From contig OZ024746.1 in NCBI GenBank assembly GCA_964016885.1, forward strand, positions 91,016,001-91,080,000: a DNA stretch of 64,000 bases, in the 5' to 3' direction. The DNA is from Eledone cirrhosa (Eukaryota). The first letter of the stretch is position 1; the number at the start of each line of letters is the position of its first letter. This document shows, in pieces, positions 39,299 through 52,830 of this stretch. Below the pieces are notes generated by a model. The model searched no databases, had not been told where the DNA came from, and saw only the letters and a program-made list of their open reading frames with translations. The position numbers and the translations under genes were made by a program.

Positions 39299-40296
39299 CC
39301 CTTTAACATTTACATTACTCTATATTTCCTATTATATTTTCACAGTAAAGTCTTTACCTCAAATAATATTTCACATAACATTTACATTACTTTATATATA
39401 CTATTGTATTTTCACAGTAAAGGCTTTACCTCACATAATATCTCACATAACATTTACATTACTCTATATTTCCTATTATATTTTCACAGTAAAGTCTTTA
39501 CCTCATATAATATCTCACATAACATTTACATTACTCTATATTTCCTATTATATTTTCACAGTAAAGTCTTTACCTCAAATAATATTTCACATAACGTTTA
39601 CAATACTCTATATTTCCTATTATATTTTGACAGTAAAGTCTTTACCTCAAATAATATTTCACATAACTTTTACATTACTTTATATATACTATTGTATTTT
39701 CACAGTAAAGGCTTTACCTCATATAATATCTCACATAACATTTACATTACTCTATATTTCCTATTATATTTTCACAGTAAAGTCTTTACCTCACATAATA
39801 TCTCGCATAACATTTACATTACTCTATATTTCCTATTATATTTTCACAGTAAAGTCTTTACCTCAAATAATATTTCACATAACGTTTACAATACTCTATA
39901 TTTCCTATTATATTTTCACAGTAAAGTTTTTACCTCACATAATATCTCACATAACATTTACATTACTCTATGTTTCCTATTATATTTTCACAGTAAAGTC
40001 TTTACCTCACATATCTCACATAACATTTACATTACTCTATATACTATTATATTTTCACAGTAAAGGCTTTACCTCACATAATATCTCACATAACATTTAC
40101 ATTACTCTATATATACTATTGTATTTTCACAGTAAAGGCTTTATCTCACATAATGATCTCACATAATATTGAATCTATGAGATTTTGATATTATTTATTT
40201 TAAGAACAATACCTTAACATCAGTATGAGCAGCCGGTTTGAACAGAAAGAGGTGAGAGAATTCTGGCCGGCTATGGCCAGTTTAAATGCTAAAGGG
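39299..40296. mobile_element. piggyBac-like MITE enclosing the 72-bp array
   Basis: Left ccctttaacattta, right taaatgctaaaggg followed by TTAA; left TTAA not preserved. Confidence 0.5.
39305..40168. repeat. 72-bp minisatellite, about 12 copies
   Basis: aacatttacattactctatatttcctattatattttcacagtaaagtctttacctcaaataatatttcacat. Confidence 0.97.
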
Positions 40297-40335
40297 TTAA
40301 GGTATCAACGAACTGTTTTAGTCAAATTAAATTAA

Positions 40336-42298
40336 CAGTAGAAAAACCACTTCTCGGATGGTTTTCTGCATGTGTAGTGTGCATATTGACATTATACGCA
40401 AGTATATTTACATGTAGATATGATACATCAAATAACATCGTAATTGACAATATACACAGAAATTGAACGAAGACTGCGTTACACTCTCATGGAGCCCCAA
40501 GCATACTCCTTGCTGCTGATATGGTCATACCTTCGGCCACTGATGTCCAACAGGGTGACCCTTTGGGACCCCTCCTGTTTGCCCTTGGTATAGACCACAT
40601 CGCCCGGAGTATCACGGCCCCTCTCAATGTTTGGTATCTGGATGATGCTACGTTGGGCGGACCTGTACAGAGTGTCTGCCATGACCTACAATCGGTGGTT
40701 CCTGCCCTGGTAAGAATCGGCCTCCAGATCAACTCGGCCAAGTCGGAGGTGGTGAATGTCAGCCACGATGCTGAGAGCTTTGCAGTCTCCGTTACCGGAC
40801 GTGCAGTTCATTCTCCACCAGGTACAGGTGACGCCCAAAGAGGATGTCCTCATCCTCGGGTCACCGATCCACCCGCCGCCATCCGCTCCACCATCAGGTC
40901 CAGCCTTCAACAACTCCAGACTCTCACGAGCCGACTGGGCTTGATCGACGGCCACCCAGCCCTCTTTCTGTTGAGGAACTGCTTCGCCATGCCAAAGCTC
41001 CTCTATACCCTTCGCAGTGCTCCGTGCTACACTCACACATCTCTCCTCACTGACCTCGATACTTGTATCCAAGAAGCAGCCGAGGATATATGCAACGTCA
41101 AGTTTGACGACATTGGATGGCAACAGGCCACTTTACCTGTCAGGTATGGCGGCCTTGGCCTCCGGTCCCCGATCTCACTGGCTTTGCCATCGTATCTTTC
41201 GTCGGTAACCTCGTGTCGCGTCCTCGTCAGCAGGGTTCTTCTAAACACAATAGAACCCACTGTTCAGAGAACGTGAGATATGGGACCGGCTGGGACTCAG
41301 CCCAGTAGACGTCCCTCCTCCTTCTCCCCCTATTGACGTCAATTCCCCACACAGCACTTGGGATGCCATCCAGTGCAGCCTGGCCTCAGACAGGCTCACG
41401 CGCCAACTCGGCCAGCAACGCCTTGCCTGTTTTCGTGCGGCCTCCAAACCCCACAGTGGTGCCTGGCTGCATGCCCTGTCCTCCATCTCCACTGGCACGC
41501 AGCTAGACAATAATAGCCTGCACATTGGCGTTTCCTTGAGGTTCGGCCTCCGGATCTGCAAGCCACACCAATGTCACTGCGGATCTACCGTGGACCCTTT
41601 CGGCTTCGACTTGCTTTCCTGTCGCCACAGTGCCGGTCGCCTTCCACGCCAAGCTGCCCTCAACGAAGGTTTGCGGTTGTACTCCTGGCAGTGGAGACTT
41701 CTGGTCTCCTTGGCCCTAGGACTACCTCCCTAGTCACCACAATAGGCGCTGAGCTGGCCAGCCGCAGGTGTGAGCCCCCCGCGAGTTGGAGCGGCTTTTC
41801 CAGTGCGTCTCCCTTGCTGTCCTCCGGGGAAATGCCTTCGCCATTCTGACCGCGGGGGGGGGGGGGGGGCACCGTCGCAAATCATTCCATATTTAATTAT
41901 GGTCGGTATGTGTATGTTTATATATATTCATTCTCACGTTTCTGATTTTGTTCTACCTTCTCTTTATTTCACTTGTGCACTCATTGCTTCGTTATATCAG
42001 TAACGTAATCCGTGATACATTAAAAAAAGACGATATTATTTATAAACTGCATTAGGAGAAATTTAGTGACGGAAATATATGAATGTTTATTTAAGTGATC
42101 GCTAACTGGAAGTGTTGAGATTTTAAAATTTTAAAGAAGTGAATCTTTAAATAATATAAAATATATTTAATCAACAGCTACGAAATTTAGTAAATAAATT
42201 ATGTAATATTCATTCATTATTTATTCAAAATAATCCAACGGGATAAAAAATTATATTCTGGATGCAGTCCCGCACTCCTTTCTTTATTATAGTTAAGA
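40336..42298 (-). mobile_element. Helitron family 1 copy split by a CRE-like insertion
   Basis: 40336-40487 and about 41990-42298 together reconstruct the 16274-16751 element; 5' end A|TCTTAACTATAATAAAG. Confidence 0.85.
40488..41990 (+). mobile_element. 5'-truncated CRE-like non-LTR retrotransposon (RT, CCHC finger, endonuclease core deleted)
   Basis: VQQGDPLGPLLF, WYLDDATLGG, QATLPVRYGGLGLR, HSGAWL, CHCGSTVDPFGFDLLSC, AVETSGLLG, SLAVLRGNAFAI; frameshifts and stops. Confidence 0.9.
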
Positions 42299-42584
42299 TT
42301 TGTCGTTAAAAAAAACATTGCAAACTTATTATGTGCGGTACACCATAAATGTTTTAAGTGCTTAATCTGGACTTGGAGAAGTGCGAAACTTTAACTCAAT
42401 AACAAGCTTTCGGGGATTCTGGTAAATATACCTCCATAAACTGTCAGTAAAGGTGAACAGGTGATGAGGAGAGCCAGGAAGTCGATTGAATTTTGGGCTT
42501 AAGAAATAAAAATACAAAAATTAATATAACAAAATACAACTTGCATATGCTGGTTCCATATTTATAAAAAGGGTAAAGACCCTC

Positions 42585-43215
42585 TCGGGATTTGCACCTA
42601 GAAAGTTCCCCTCCAAAGCACAAGTCCAGGCAATGTGTATTTGTGGAAGAGCAGCAGTCACCCATCTATACCAGTTATCTATCTCCACACCACCAATGTT
42701 GTCCAGCAGAAAGACTACGGCCGATACAACTCATTTCTACATCTGAGTGAACTGGAGTAACGTGAAATAAAGTGTCTTGCTCAAGAACACAGCCCGGTCC
42801 AGGAATCCAACTGACAACCTCATGATTGCAAGCCCAATGCTCTAACTACTAATTAGTGTTTATTATATAATTTGTTTCTGGGCGGTGAATTGGTAGTATC
42901 GGTAGAGGGTCGGACATGCTTTCCAGCAGAGTTACGTCCCTTTATGATCTGAGTTCAAATCCGGCCGAGGTTAACTTTGCCTTTCATCCTTACGGGGTCG
43001 ATAAAATAAAGTACCAGTAATGTACTGGGTGATTGCTGGCCTTGTGCCTAAAGTAGAAACAATTATCTAATTTGTTTCTATTCTGTTGATTTATATATTA
43101 ATCTACTTGTTTATTGTTGTACATACTTGAGGTCAATAATTGTTTCTACTTTTGGCACAAGGCCAGCAATTATCTCAGTGTATTACTGGTACTTTATCGA
43201 CCCTCTAAGGATGAC
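42585..43215. mobile_element. SINE cluster: family B-related (-) 42585-42850, family A (+) 42880-43066, family A tail (-) 43135-43215
   Basis: Family core motifs. Confidence 0.88.
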
Positions 43216-43409
43216 ATTTGAAAATTTTAAACAAGTGAATCTTTAAATAAGCTATAAAATATATTTAATCAACAGCCACAAAATTTAGCACATAAATTAT
43301 GTAATATTCATTCATTATTTATTCAAAGTAATCCAACTTATTTTACAAACTGGGTAAAAAAATATATTCTGGATGCAGTCCCGCACTCCTTTCTTTATTA
43401 TCGTTAAGA
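43213..43409 (-). mobile_element. Helitron family 1, 5' portion
   Basis: Matches 42115-42298; 5' end TCTTAACGATAATAAAG. Confidence 0.8.
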
Positions 43410-43649
43410 TTTACAATTTGTGTGTAGGTAAATCTCTGTGGAAATAGGGTTGTAAAGTGGTCGTGATGGTAACACGGTAAAAACACCCAGTCCACACTGT
43501 AAAGTAGTCGTGGAGGAATCACAACAAAAAACACCCAGTCCTCACTGTAAATGAGCTTGGCATTAGGAAGAGCATCCAGCTGTAGAAACCAAGCCAAAAT
43601 CAGTTTATGAGCAAGACATGGTCACCTGACCTAACATTGCCAACAATAG

Positions 43650-44020
43650 AAGGCACATGGCTCAGTGGTTAGAGCATTGGGCTTGCAATTGAAAGGTTGT
43701 GAGTTTAATTCTTGGACCGGGTGATGTGTTGTTTCCTTGAGCAAGACACTTTATTTCACATTGCTCCAGTTTACTCAGCTGTAGAGATGAGATGATAGGA
43801 CTGGGGTCCCTATCATTCCACTGCAAAGTGGTCGTGGAGGTGCCACGGCAAAAAAAAAACAAAACACCCAGCACTCACTAAATGAGGTTGGTGTGAGGAA
43901 GGGCATCCAGCCAGAATCAGTTCCCGTATGAGCAAGACAAGGTCAGCCGACCGGACACTGCCCACATCAGGACAACCCATGCTAGCGTAGAAGAACTGAC
44001 ATAAAATGATGATGATGAAA
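43650..44020 (+). mobile_element. SINE family B, full length
   Basis: Highly similar to 3508-3852. Confidence 0.92.
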
Positions 44021-44039
44021 TATAACAGAGTTTTATAGC

Positions 44040-44400
44040 TTGCCTGAAGCATTGATGAATAGGAAACACAAATTTAAACCAAGTTGAGGGCCTTTGAACC
44101 CCAGGCTATTGCAATAGCTGCTCCTGATTCTAGATGTGGAAGACGGAACCTTTGGTACCACACAGTGACATCCTGTTCGAGAATTGGTCCAGCTCTCAAT
44201 GTGAAAGTTTGGTCTTAGTCCCCCCCAGGATTTTCCATATGTATATCATTGCATATCTCTCCCGTCTTCATTCCGAGGAGTAGAGTTTCAGTTCTTTTAG
44301 ACTCTCCCAGTAGTTTATCTCCTTCGTCGTGGCAACTTCATTGGATTGCTTCAAGCTCCATGGTTAGTTTGATACTATGGGGTGACCACAGCTAGGAGCA
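44040..44400 (-). mobile_element. CR1-like LINE C-terminal fragment
   Basis: LWSPHSIKLTMELEAIQ and NYWESLKELKLYSSE*RRERYAMIYIWKILGG. Confidence 0.75.
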
Positions 44401-44765
44401 TTCATCATCATTTCATTTTACGTTCACTTTTTCCCCTGCTTGCAAGGGTGGGACGGGAACTGATTCTGGCTTGATTTCTACAGCTGGATGCCTTTCCTAA
44501 CTCCAATCTCATTTACAGTGAGTGCTGGGTGCTTTTTTCCCGTGGCACCTCCACATCCACTTTACAGTGTGGGCTGGGTGCTTTTTTGCCATGGCACCAC
44601 AACAACCACTTTGCAATGGTAAGATAGGGACCCAGTCCTATCATCTCATTTCTACAGCTGAGTAAACGAGCAATGTGAAATAAAGTATCTTGCTCAAGGA
44701 AACAACACATCACCCGGTGTGAGAATTGAACTCACAACCTTTCGATTGCAAGGCCAATACTCTCA
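44401..44765 (-). mobile_element. SINE family B, full length
   Basis: Reverse complement of the 3508 and 43650 copies. Confidence 0.92.
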
Positions 44766-45062
44766 ATATGTATGTATCATCATCATCATCATCGTTTAAC
44801 GTCCATATTCCACGCTTGCATGGGTTTGGACAGGAGTTTTCCCACTTGAGGCAAGAGTGGTTGTCTTGCTCGCATAGGACTGTCTGGCGGGTTTTCTACG
44901 GCTGGATGCCCTTCCTAACACCAACCACATTTACAGTGTGGAACTGGGAGGTTTTTACCGTGTTACCTACACGGCCACATTATAGCGTGGACTGTGTGTT
45001 TTTTTGTCGTGACACCTACACGCCCTCATTTGTTTCGGGCTGGATGTTGTGGTACCAACATA

Positions 45063-45114
<52 letters not shown>

Positions 45115-45118
<4 letters not shown>

Positions 45119-45700
45119 TAATAATAACACATATGAAGACTAAAATCCAAAGAGAGCTCGATAGGGATAAATATATATCAATTATATAAGAACCGTAGAG
45201 CAAATATTTATTAAAATAACAGATTAAAGTTTAAGCAAAGAATCGGCTGCTTTCACCCTTAATGGGATCTTCTGAAACTAAAAAAAAAAAAAAAAAAAAA
45301 ATCAATCTGAACGCAGAAGTAAATATTTCGAAAAACGTTGCAACCGAAGGAAGACAGGAAGACGATACTTTGGTTCGTGGAGACGTAGTTTTAGGTATTT
45401 CTTCCTGCTTGGTACGGGCATGTCCTTTGTATAAATATTCAGATGTTGTTTCTGCATAATGAATATAAGTCAATAGAGTACTCAATCAAGGGAGCCAAAT
45501 AGTATAATAATAAATTTGAAGACTAACATCCAAAGAGGGCTCTATAAGGATAAGTATATATCAAATATATAAGAACCGTAGAGCAAATATTTATTAAAAT
45601 AACAGATTAAAGTTTAAGCAAAGAATCAGCTGCTTTCACCCTTAATGGGATCTTCTGAAACTAAAAAAAAATCAATCTGTGAACACAGAAGTAAATATTT
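45115..45700 (-). mobile_element. PLE/retrozyme-like partial dimer: about 200-bp direct repeats at 383-bp period, each with an HHR-like fold
   Basis: 45115-45327 matches 45500-45700; folds at 45228-45279 and 45611-45662: agttt-CAGAAGA-tcccattaagggt-GAAAgca...tgctT-aaact. Confidence 0.7.
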
Positions 45701-45819
45701 CTAAGCCGACCTTTCCCAATTGCACCTCTCAAGGGCAATGAGACACGGCCATGACCTCTGGCGTCACACAGTAATACAGAAGACCCGACTTCCCACAGGA
45801 ACATATAGACAATATTTGT

Positions 45820-48800
45820 TTTCCTTTGTTTTTTTATGTCCTATCAACTAATCAAACCTCCAAAATGCTTGCAATTGACTATTTTTTTCGCATATTAACA
45901 ACAAATATGATATCCACTGCAATTAAAAATGACTAGCTTTGTGAATGGTTTTTCCACCCACTTTCTGCCTTCACTTTGCTACAAAGCTAATCATTGACAA
46001 TAGGTTTCCAAGTTATATTCATTCATAATATGTGAAAAAAATAGTCAACTGCGAGCATTGGTGTGATGTAAATCGTAGGAGTAGGTGTTCTGTCATAAAT
46101 TTACCAGATAGTGAAGTATGGTTATGGTGAAGTGTATGGTGTGGATTGAGGTAGATTAATGTGCTGTGGTGTGCTTTGTTATAAGTGAGGATTTAAATTT
46201 CCACTTTGATTTATGTTAGAAAAAAAAAATTTTTCCTTCATTTTTGCATGTGCTATCAACTTCTAAGATGCTTGCAGTGGATTATGCTCTTAGCATATTA
46301 ACAAAAAATATGACTTCCGCTGCAATAAAAAATGACTAGCTTTGTAAATGGTATTTCCACCCACATCCTCCCTCCTTTTTCTACAAAGCTAGTCATTTTC
46401 ATCAGGTTTCCATGTCATAACCATTGATAATATGTGCATAAAATAGTAATTTGCGAGCACCTTTTATGTCAAATTGGGTGGTTAGCTCAAAAAAAAAAAA
46501 AAAAATGCCATATGAAAGTCTCACACCAAAATCAATATCTTCGTGTGATGTAGTATGGTGTGGTTTGGTGAAGTTTCTACAATGATAGTCTTTTTCGACA
46601 GGTTTCCATATCATAATTATTGATAAGTGGAAAAAAAAATAGTCAATTGGGAGCACCTTTAATGTCAGATTGGGCGGTAAGCACACACACACAAAAAAAA
46701 AAAAGGAAACGGGAAAAAAATGTTTCACACCAAGATCAATAGCTTGGTGTGATGTAGTATGGTGTAACTTGGTATGGTGTGGTTTGGTTTGGTGAAGTTA
46801 TGAAATGGAAACCAATTGTAAACGATAGATTCCCATGTCATATTCATTGATAATGTGTGGGAAAATAGTCATTTGCAAGCACCTTTGATGTTAGTTTCAG
46901 ATGGTACCCACAAAAAAAAAAAAAAAAAAAAGAAAGCAGGTAGCAAATTTGTCACATTGATGTCCATACCATGGTGTGATGTAATAAATTTACCATATAG
47001 TGAAGTATGGTTATGGTGAATTTATGGTGTGGATTGGGGTAGATTAATGTGCTGTGGTGTGCTTTGTTATAAGTGAGAATTTAAATGTCCACTTTGATTT
47101 ATGGTAGAAAAAAAATTTTTCCTTCATTTTTGCATGTGCTATCAACTTCTAAGATGCTTGCAGTGGACTATGCTTTTAGCATATTAACAAAAAATATGAC
47201 TTCCGCTGCAATAAAAAATGACTAGCTTTGTAAATGTTATTTCCACCCACATCCTCCCTCTTTTTTCTACAAAGCTAGTCATTTTCATCAGGTTTCCATG
47301 TCATAACCATTGATAATATGTGCATAAAATAGTAATTTGCGAGCACCATTTATGTCAAATTGGGTGGTAAGCACAAAAAAAAAAAAAAAAAAAAATAATG
47401 CCAGATGAAAATTTGTCACCAAAATCAATAGCTTGGTGTGATGTCGTATCTACAAAGATAGTTATTTTCGACAGGTTTCCATGTCATAATTATTGATATG
47501 TGAAAAAAAAAAGTAAATTGAGAGCACCTTTAATGTCAGATTGGGTAGTAAGCACACAGAAAAAAAAAAAAACGAAACGGGAAAGGAAACCAAGATATAT
47601 AGCTTGGTGTGATGTGGTATGGTGTGGTTTGGTTTGGTTTGGTTAAGTTATGAAATGGAAACCAAATTGTAAACGATAGATTCCCATGTCATATTCATTG
47701 ATAATGTGTGGGAAAATAGTCATTTGAAAGCACCTTTGATGTTAGTTTGAGGTGGTAACCACAAAAAAATAAAAGCAGGTAGCAAATTTGTCACATTGAT
47801 GTCCATACCATGGTGTGATGTAATAAATTTACCAGATAGTGAAGTATGGTTATGGTGAATTTATGGTGTGGATTGGGGTAGATTAATGTGCTGTGGTGTG
47901 CTTTGTTATAAGTGAGGATTTAAATTTCCACTTTGATTTATGTTAGAAAAAAAATTTTTCCTTCATTTTTGCATCTGCTATCAACTTCCAAGAAGCTCGC
48001 CGTGGACTATGCTTTTAGCATATTAACAAAAAATTTGACTTCCGCTGCAACAAAAAATGACTAGCTTTGTAAATGGTATTTCCACCCACATCCTCCCTCT
48101 TTTTTCTACAAAGCTAGTCATTTTCATCAGGTTTCCATGTCATAACCATTGATAATATGTGCATAAAATAGTAATTTGCGAGCACCTTTTATGTCAAATT
48201 GTGTGGTAAACACAAAAAAGAAAAAAAAATGCCAGATGAAAATCTGTCACACCAAAATCAATATCTTGGTGTGATGTAGTATGGTGTGGTTTGGTGAAGT
48301 TTCTACAAAGATAGTCATTTTTGACAGGTTTCCATGTCATAATTATTGATATGTGAAAAAAAAAAAGTAAATTGGGGGCACCTTTAATGTCAGATTGGGT
48401 GGTAAGCACACAGAAAAAAAAAAAACGAAACGGGGAAAAACATTTTTCACACCAAGATCAATAGCTTGTGTGTAACTTGGTATGGTGTGTTGTGGTTTGG
48501 TTTGGTGAAGTTATGAAATGGAAACCAATTGTAAACGATAGATTCCCATGTCATATTCATTGATAATGTGTGGGAAAATAGTCATTTGCAAGCACCTTTG
48601 ATGTTAGTTTCAGATGGTACCCACAAAAAAAAAAAAAAAAAAAAAAAAAAAGCAGGTAGCAAATTTGTCACATTGATGTCCATACCATGGTGTGATGTAA
48701 TAAATTTACCATATAGTGAAGTATGGTTATGGTGAATTTATGGTGTGGATTGGGGTAGATTAATGTGCTGTGGTGTGCTTTGTTATAAGTGAGAATTTAA

Positions 48801-50628
48801 ATTTCCACTTTGATTTATGGTAGAAAAAAAATTTTTCCTTCATTTTTGCATGTGCTATCAACTTCCAAGATGCTCGCAGTGGACTATGCTTTTAGCATAT
48901 TAACAAAAAATATGACTTATGCTGCAATAAAAAATGACTAGCTTTGTAAATGTTATTTCCACCCACATCCTCCCTCTTTTTTCTACAAAGCTAGTCATTT
49001 TCATCAGATTTCCATATCATAAACATTGATAATATGTGCATAAAATAGTAATTTGCGAGCACCATTTATGTCAAATTGGGTGGTAAGCACAAAAAAAGAA
49101 AAAAAAGAAAAAAAAAATGCCAGATGAAAATTTGTCACACCAAAATCAATAGCTTGGTGTGATGTAGTATCTACAAAGATAGTCATTTTCGACAGGTTTC
49201 CATGTCATAATTATTGATATGTGAAAAAAAAAGTAAATTGGGAGCACCTTTAATGTCAGATTGGGTAGTAAGCACACAGAAAAAAAAAAAAAAGAAACGG
49301 GAAAAAATGTTTCACACCAAGATAAATAGCTTGGTGCGATGTAGTATGGTGTGGTGAAGTTATGAAATGGAAACCAATTGTAAACGATAGATTCCCATGT
49401 CATATTCATTGATAATGTGTGGGAAAATAGTCATTTGAAAGCACCTTTGATGTTAGTTTGAGGTGGTAACCACAAAAAAATAAAAGCAGGTAGCAAATTG
49501 GTCACATTGATGTCCATACCATGGTGTGATGTAATAAATTTACCATATAGTGAAGTATGGTTATGGTGTGGATTGGGGTAGATTAATGTGCTGTGGTGTG
49601 CTTTGTTATAAGTGAGGATTTAAATTTCCACTTTGATTTATGTTAGAAAAAAAATTTTTCCTTCATTTTTGCATCTGCTATCAACTTCCAAGAAGCTCGC
49701 AGTGGACTATGCTTTTAGCATATTAACAAAAAATATGACTTCTGCTGCAATAAAAAATGACTAGCTTTGTAAATGTTATTTCCACCCACATCCTCCCTCT
49801 TTTTTCTACAAAGCTAGTCATTTTCATCAGGTTTCCATGTCATAACCATTGATAATATGTGCATAAAATAGTAATTTGCGAGCACCTTTTATGTCAAATT
49901 GTGTGGTAAACACAAAAAAAAAAAAAAATACCAGATGAAAATCTGTCACACCAAAATCAATAGCTTGGTGTGATTTAGTATGGTGTGGTTTGGTGAAGTT
50001 TCTACAAAGATAGTCATTTTCGACAGGTTTCCATGCCATAACTATTGATATGTGAAAAAAAAAAGTAAATTGGGGGCACCTTTAATGTCAGATTGGGTAG
50101 TAAGCACACAGACACAAAAAAAAAAACGAAACGGGAAAGGAAACCAAGATCAATAGCTTGGTGTAACTTGGTATGGTGTGGTTTGGTTTGGTTTGGTGAA
50201 GTTATGAAATGGAAACCAATTGTAAACGATAGATTCCCATGTCATATTCATTGATAATGTGTGGGAAAATAGTCATTTGAAAGCACCTTTGATGTTAGTT
50301 TGAGGTGGTAACCACAAAAAAAAAAAAAAAAGCAGGTAGCAAATTTGTCACATTGATCTCCCTACCATGGTGTGATGTAAATGGTATGAGTAGGTGTTCT
50401 GTAATAAATTTACCATATAGTGAAGTATGGTTATGGTGAAGTATATGGTGTGGATTGAGGTAGATTAATGTGCTATGGTGTGCTTTGTTATAAGTGAGGA
50501 TTTAAATTTCCACTTTGATTTATGTTAGAAAAAACATTTTTCCTTCATTTTTGCATCTGCTATCAACTTCCAAGAAGCTCGCCGTGGACTATGCTTTTAG
50601 CATATTAACAAAAAATATGACTTCTGCT
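45820..50628. repeat. Complex satellite, about 860-bp unit, 5.5 copies, long/short alternation
   Basis: Marker taaatttacca.atagtgaag at 46096, 46985, 47824, 48701, 49535, 50405. Confidence 0.95.
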
Positions 50629-52830
50629 GTGTTAGCATTTTTGTTAGTGTTTGTGTTAGTGTTCAGGTTAATGTTGACTTAGTTTTCTGGTTAGTGTTAG
50701 TTTTCAGGTTAGAGCTCGTGTTACTTTTAGTGTTAGTGCTCAGGTTAGTGGTTTATGGTAGTGTTAGTATTCAGGTTAATGTTCGTGTTAATGTTAGTTT
50801 TAGTGTTAGTGTTATTTTTTCCATTAGTGTTAGTGTTTTATTTTGTGTTAATGTTTGTGTTAGTCTTTGTTTTTCTGTTAATGTTAGTGTTTGTTTTAGT
50901 GTTGAGGTTATGTTAGCTTAGTTTTCTGGTTAGTATCAGTTTTCGTGTTAATTTTAGTGTTAGTGTTCAGGTTAGTGTTAGTGCTAGTTTTTATGGTAGT
51001 GTTAGTGTTTAGATCAGTGTTAGTGTTTGTGTTACTGTTTATGGTAGTGTTAGTTTTAGTGCTAGTGTTTAGGTTAATGCTAGTTTTAGTGTAAGTGTTA
51101 ATGTTAGTTTTAGTGTTAAGGTTAGTGTTAGAGATTGTGTTAGTATTTGTTTTTGTGTTAATATTTGTGTTAGTATCTCTGTTAGCATTAGTGTTTGATG
51201 TTTCCATTAGTGTTAGTGATTGTGTTAGCGCTAGTCTTTGTTTTAAGGTTAGCATTAGTATTTCTGTTAGTGTTAGCATCAGTGTTTATGTTAGTGTTCA
51301 GGTTAATGTTAGCTTAGTTTTCAGTTTAGAGTTACTGTTCAAGTTAATGTTAGTGTTGAGGTTAGTGTTTGTTTTTGAGTTAATATTTGTGTTAGTATCT
51401 CTGTTAGCGTTAGTGTTTGTTTTAGTGTTGAAGTTAATGTTAGCTTAGTTTTCTGGTTAGTATCAGTTTTCGTGTTAATTTTAGTGTTAGTTTTTATGGT
51501 AGTGTTAGTGTTAGTGCTCAGATCAGTGTTAGTGTTTGTGTTACTGTTTATGGTAGTGTTAGTTTTAGTGCGAGTGTTTAGGTTAATGTTAGTTTTAGTG
51601 TTAAGGTTTGTGTTAATATTTGTGTTAGTATCTCTGTTAGCATTAGTGATTGATGTTTCCATTAGTGTTAGTGATTGTGTTAGCGTTAGTCTTTGTTTTT
51701 GTGTTAATGTTAGCATTAGTATTTCTGTTAGTGTTAGCATGAGTGTTTGTGTTAAGGTTAATGTTAGCTTAGTTTTCAGGTTAGTGTTAGTGTTCAAGTT
51801 AATGTTAGTTTTAGTGTTAGAGATTGTGTTAGTGTTTGTTTTTGTGTTAATATTTGTATTAGTATCTCTGTTAGTGTTAGTTTTAGTGTAAGTTTTCAGG
51901 TTAGTGTTAGTGTTAAGATTAATGTTAGAGATTGTGTTAGTATTTGTTTTTGTGTTAGTATCTCTGTTAGCATTAGTGTTTATGTTAGTGTTCAGGTTAA
52001 TGTTAGCTTAGTTTTCAGGTTAGAGTTAGTGTTCAAGTTAATGTTAGTTTTAGTGATAGAGATCGTGTTAGTGTTTGTTTTTGTGTTAATATTTGTGTTA
52101 GTATCTCTGTTCGCGTTAGTGTTTTTTTTAGTGTTGAAGTTAATGTTAGCTTAGTTTTCTGGTTAGTATCAGTTTTAGTGTTAAGGTTAGTGTTAGTTTT
52201 TATGGTAGTGTTAGTGTTACTTCTCAGATCAGTGTTAGTGTTTGTGTTACTGTTTATGGTAGTGTTAGTTTTAGTGCTAGTGTTTAGGTTAATGTTAGTT
52301 TTAGTGTAAGTGTTAATGTTAGTTTTAGTGTTAGAGATTGTGTTAGTATTTGTTTTTGTGTTAGTATCTCTGTTAGCATTAGTGTTTGATGTTTCCATTA
52401 GTGTTAGTGATTGTGTTAGCGTTAGTCTTTGTTTTTGTGTTAATGTTAGCATTAGTATTTCTGTTAGTGTTAGCATGAGTGTTTGTGTTAGTGTTCAGGT
52501 TAATGTTAGCTTAGTTTTCAGGTTAGTGTTAGTATTCAAGTTAATGTTAGTTTTAGTGTTAGAGATTGTGTTAGTGTTAGTATTTGTTTTTGTGTTAATA
52601 TTTGTGTTAGTATCTCTGTTAGCATTAGTGTTCAGGTTAATGTTAGTTTTAGTGTAAGTGTTCAGGTTAGTGTTAGTGTTTGTATTAGTGTTTACGGTAG
52701 TGTTAGTTTTAGTGCTGGTGTTCAGGTTAGTGTAAGTATCAGTTTTATTGTTAGTGTTCAGGTTAGTGTTTGTGTTAGTTTTCTATTTAATGTTTGTTTT
52801 CAGATTTTGTGTTTGTGTTAGTTTTCATGT
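50629..52830. repeat. Degenerate hexamer (TTAGTG)n low-complexity block
   Basis: Direct reading; gives VL/TN dipeptide pseudo-ORFs. Confidence 0.93.

Noticed and set aside
39242-40166. 273-aa and 179-aa repeat proteins
   Set aside because: Read-through of a 72-bp AT-rich minisatellite in two frames, with no splice or domain evidence
40521-41276. Prokaryote-type RT system (retron, DGR, group II intron)
   Set aside because: RT motifs plus CCHC finger and C-terminus fit a CRE-like non-LTR element; frameshifted and nested in a Helitron
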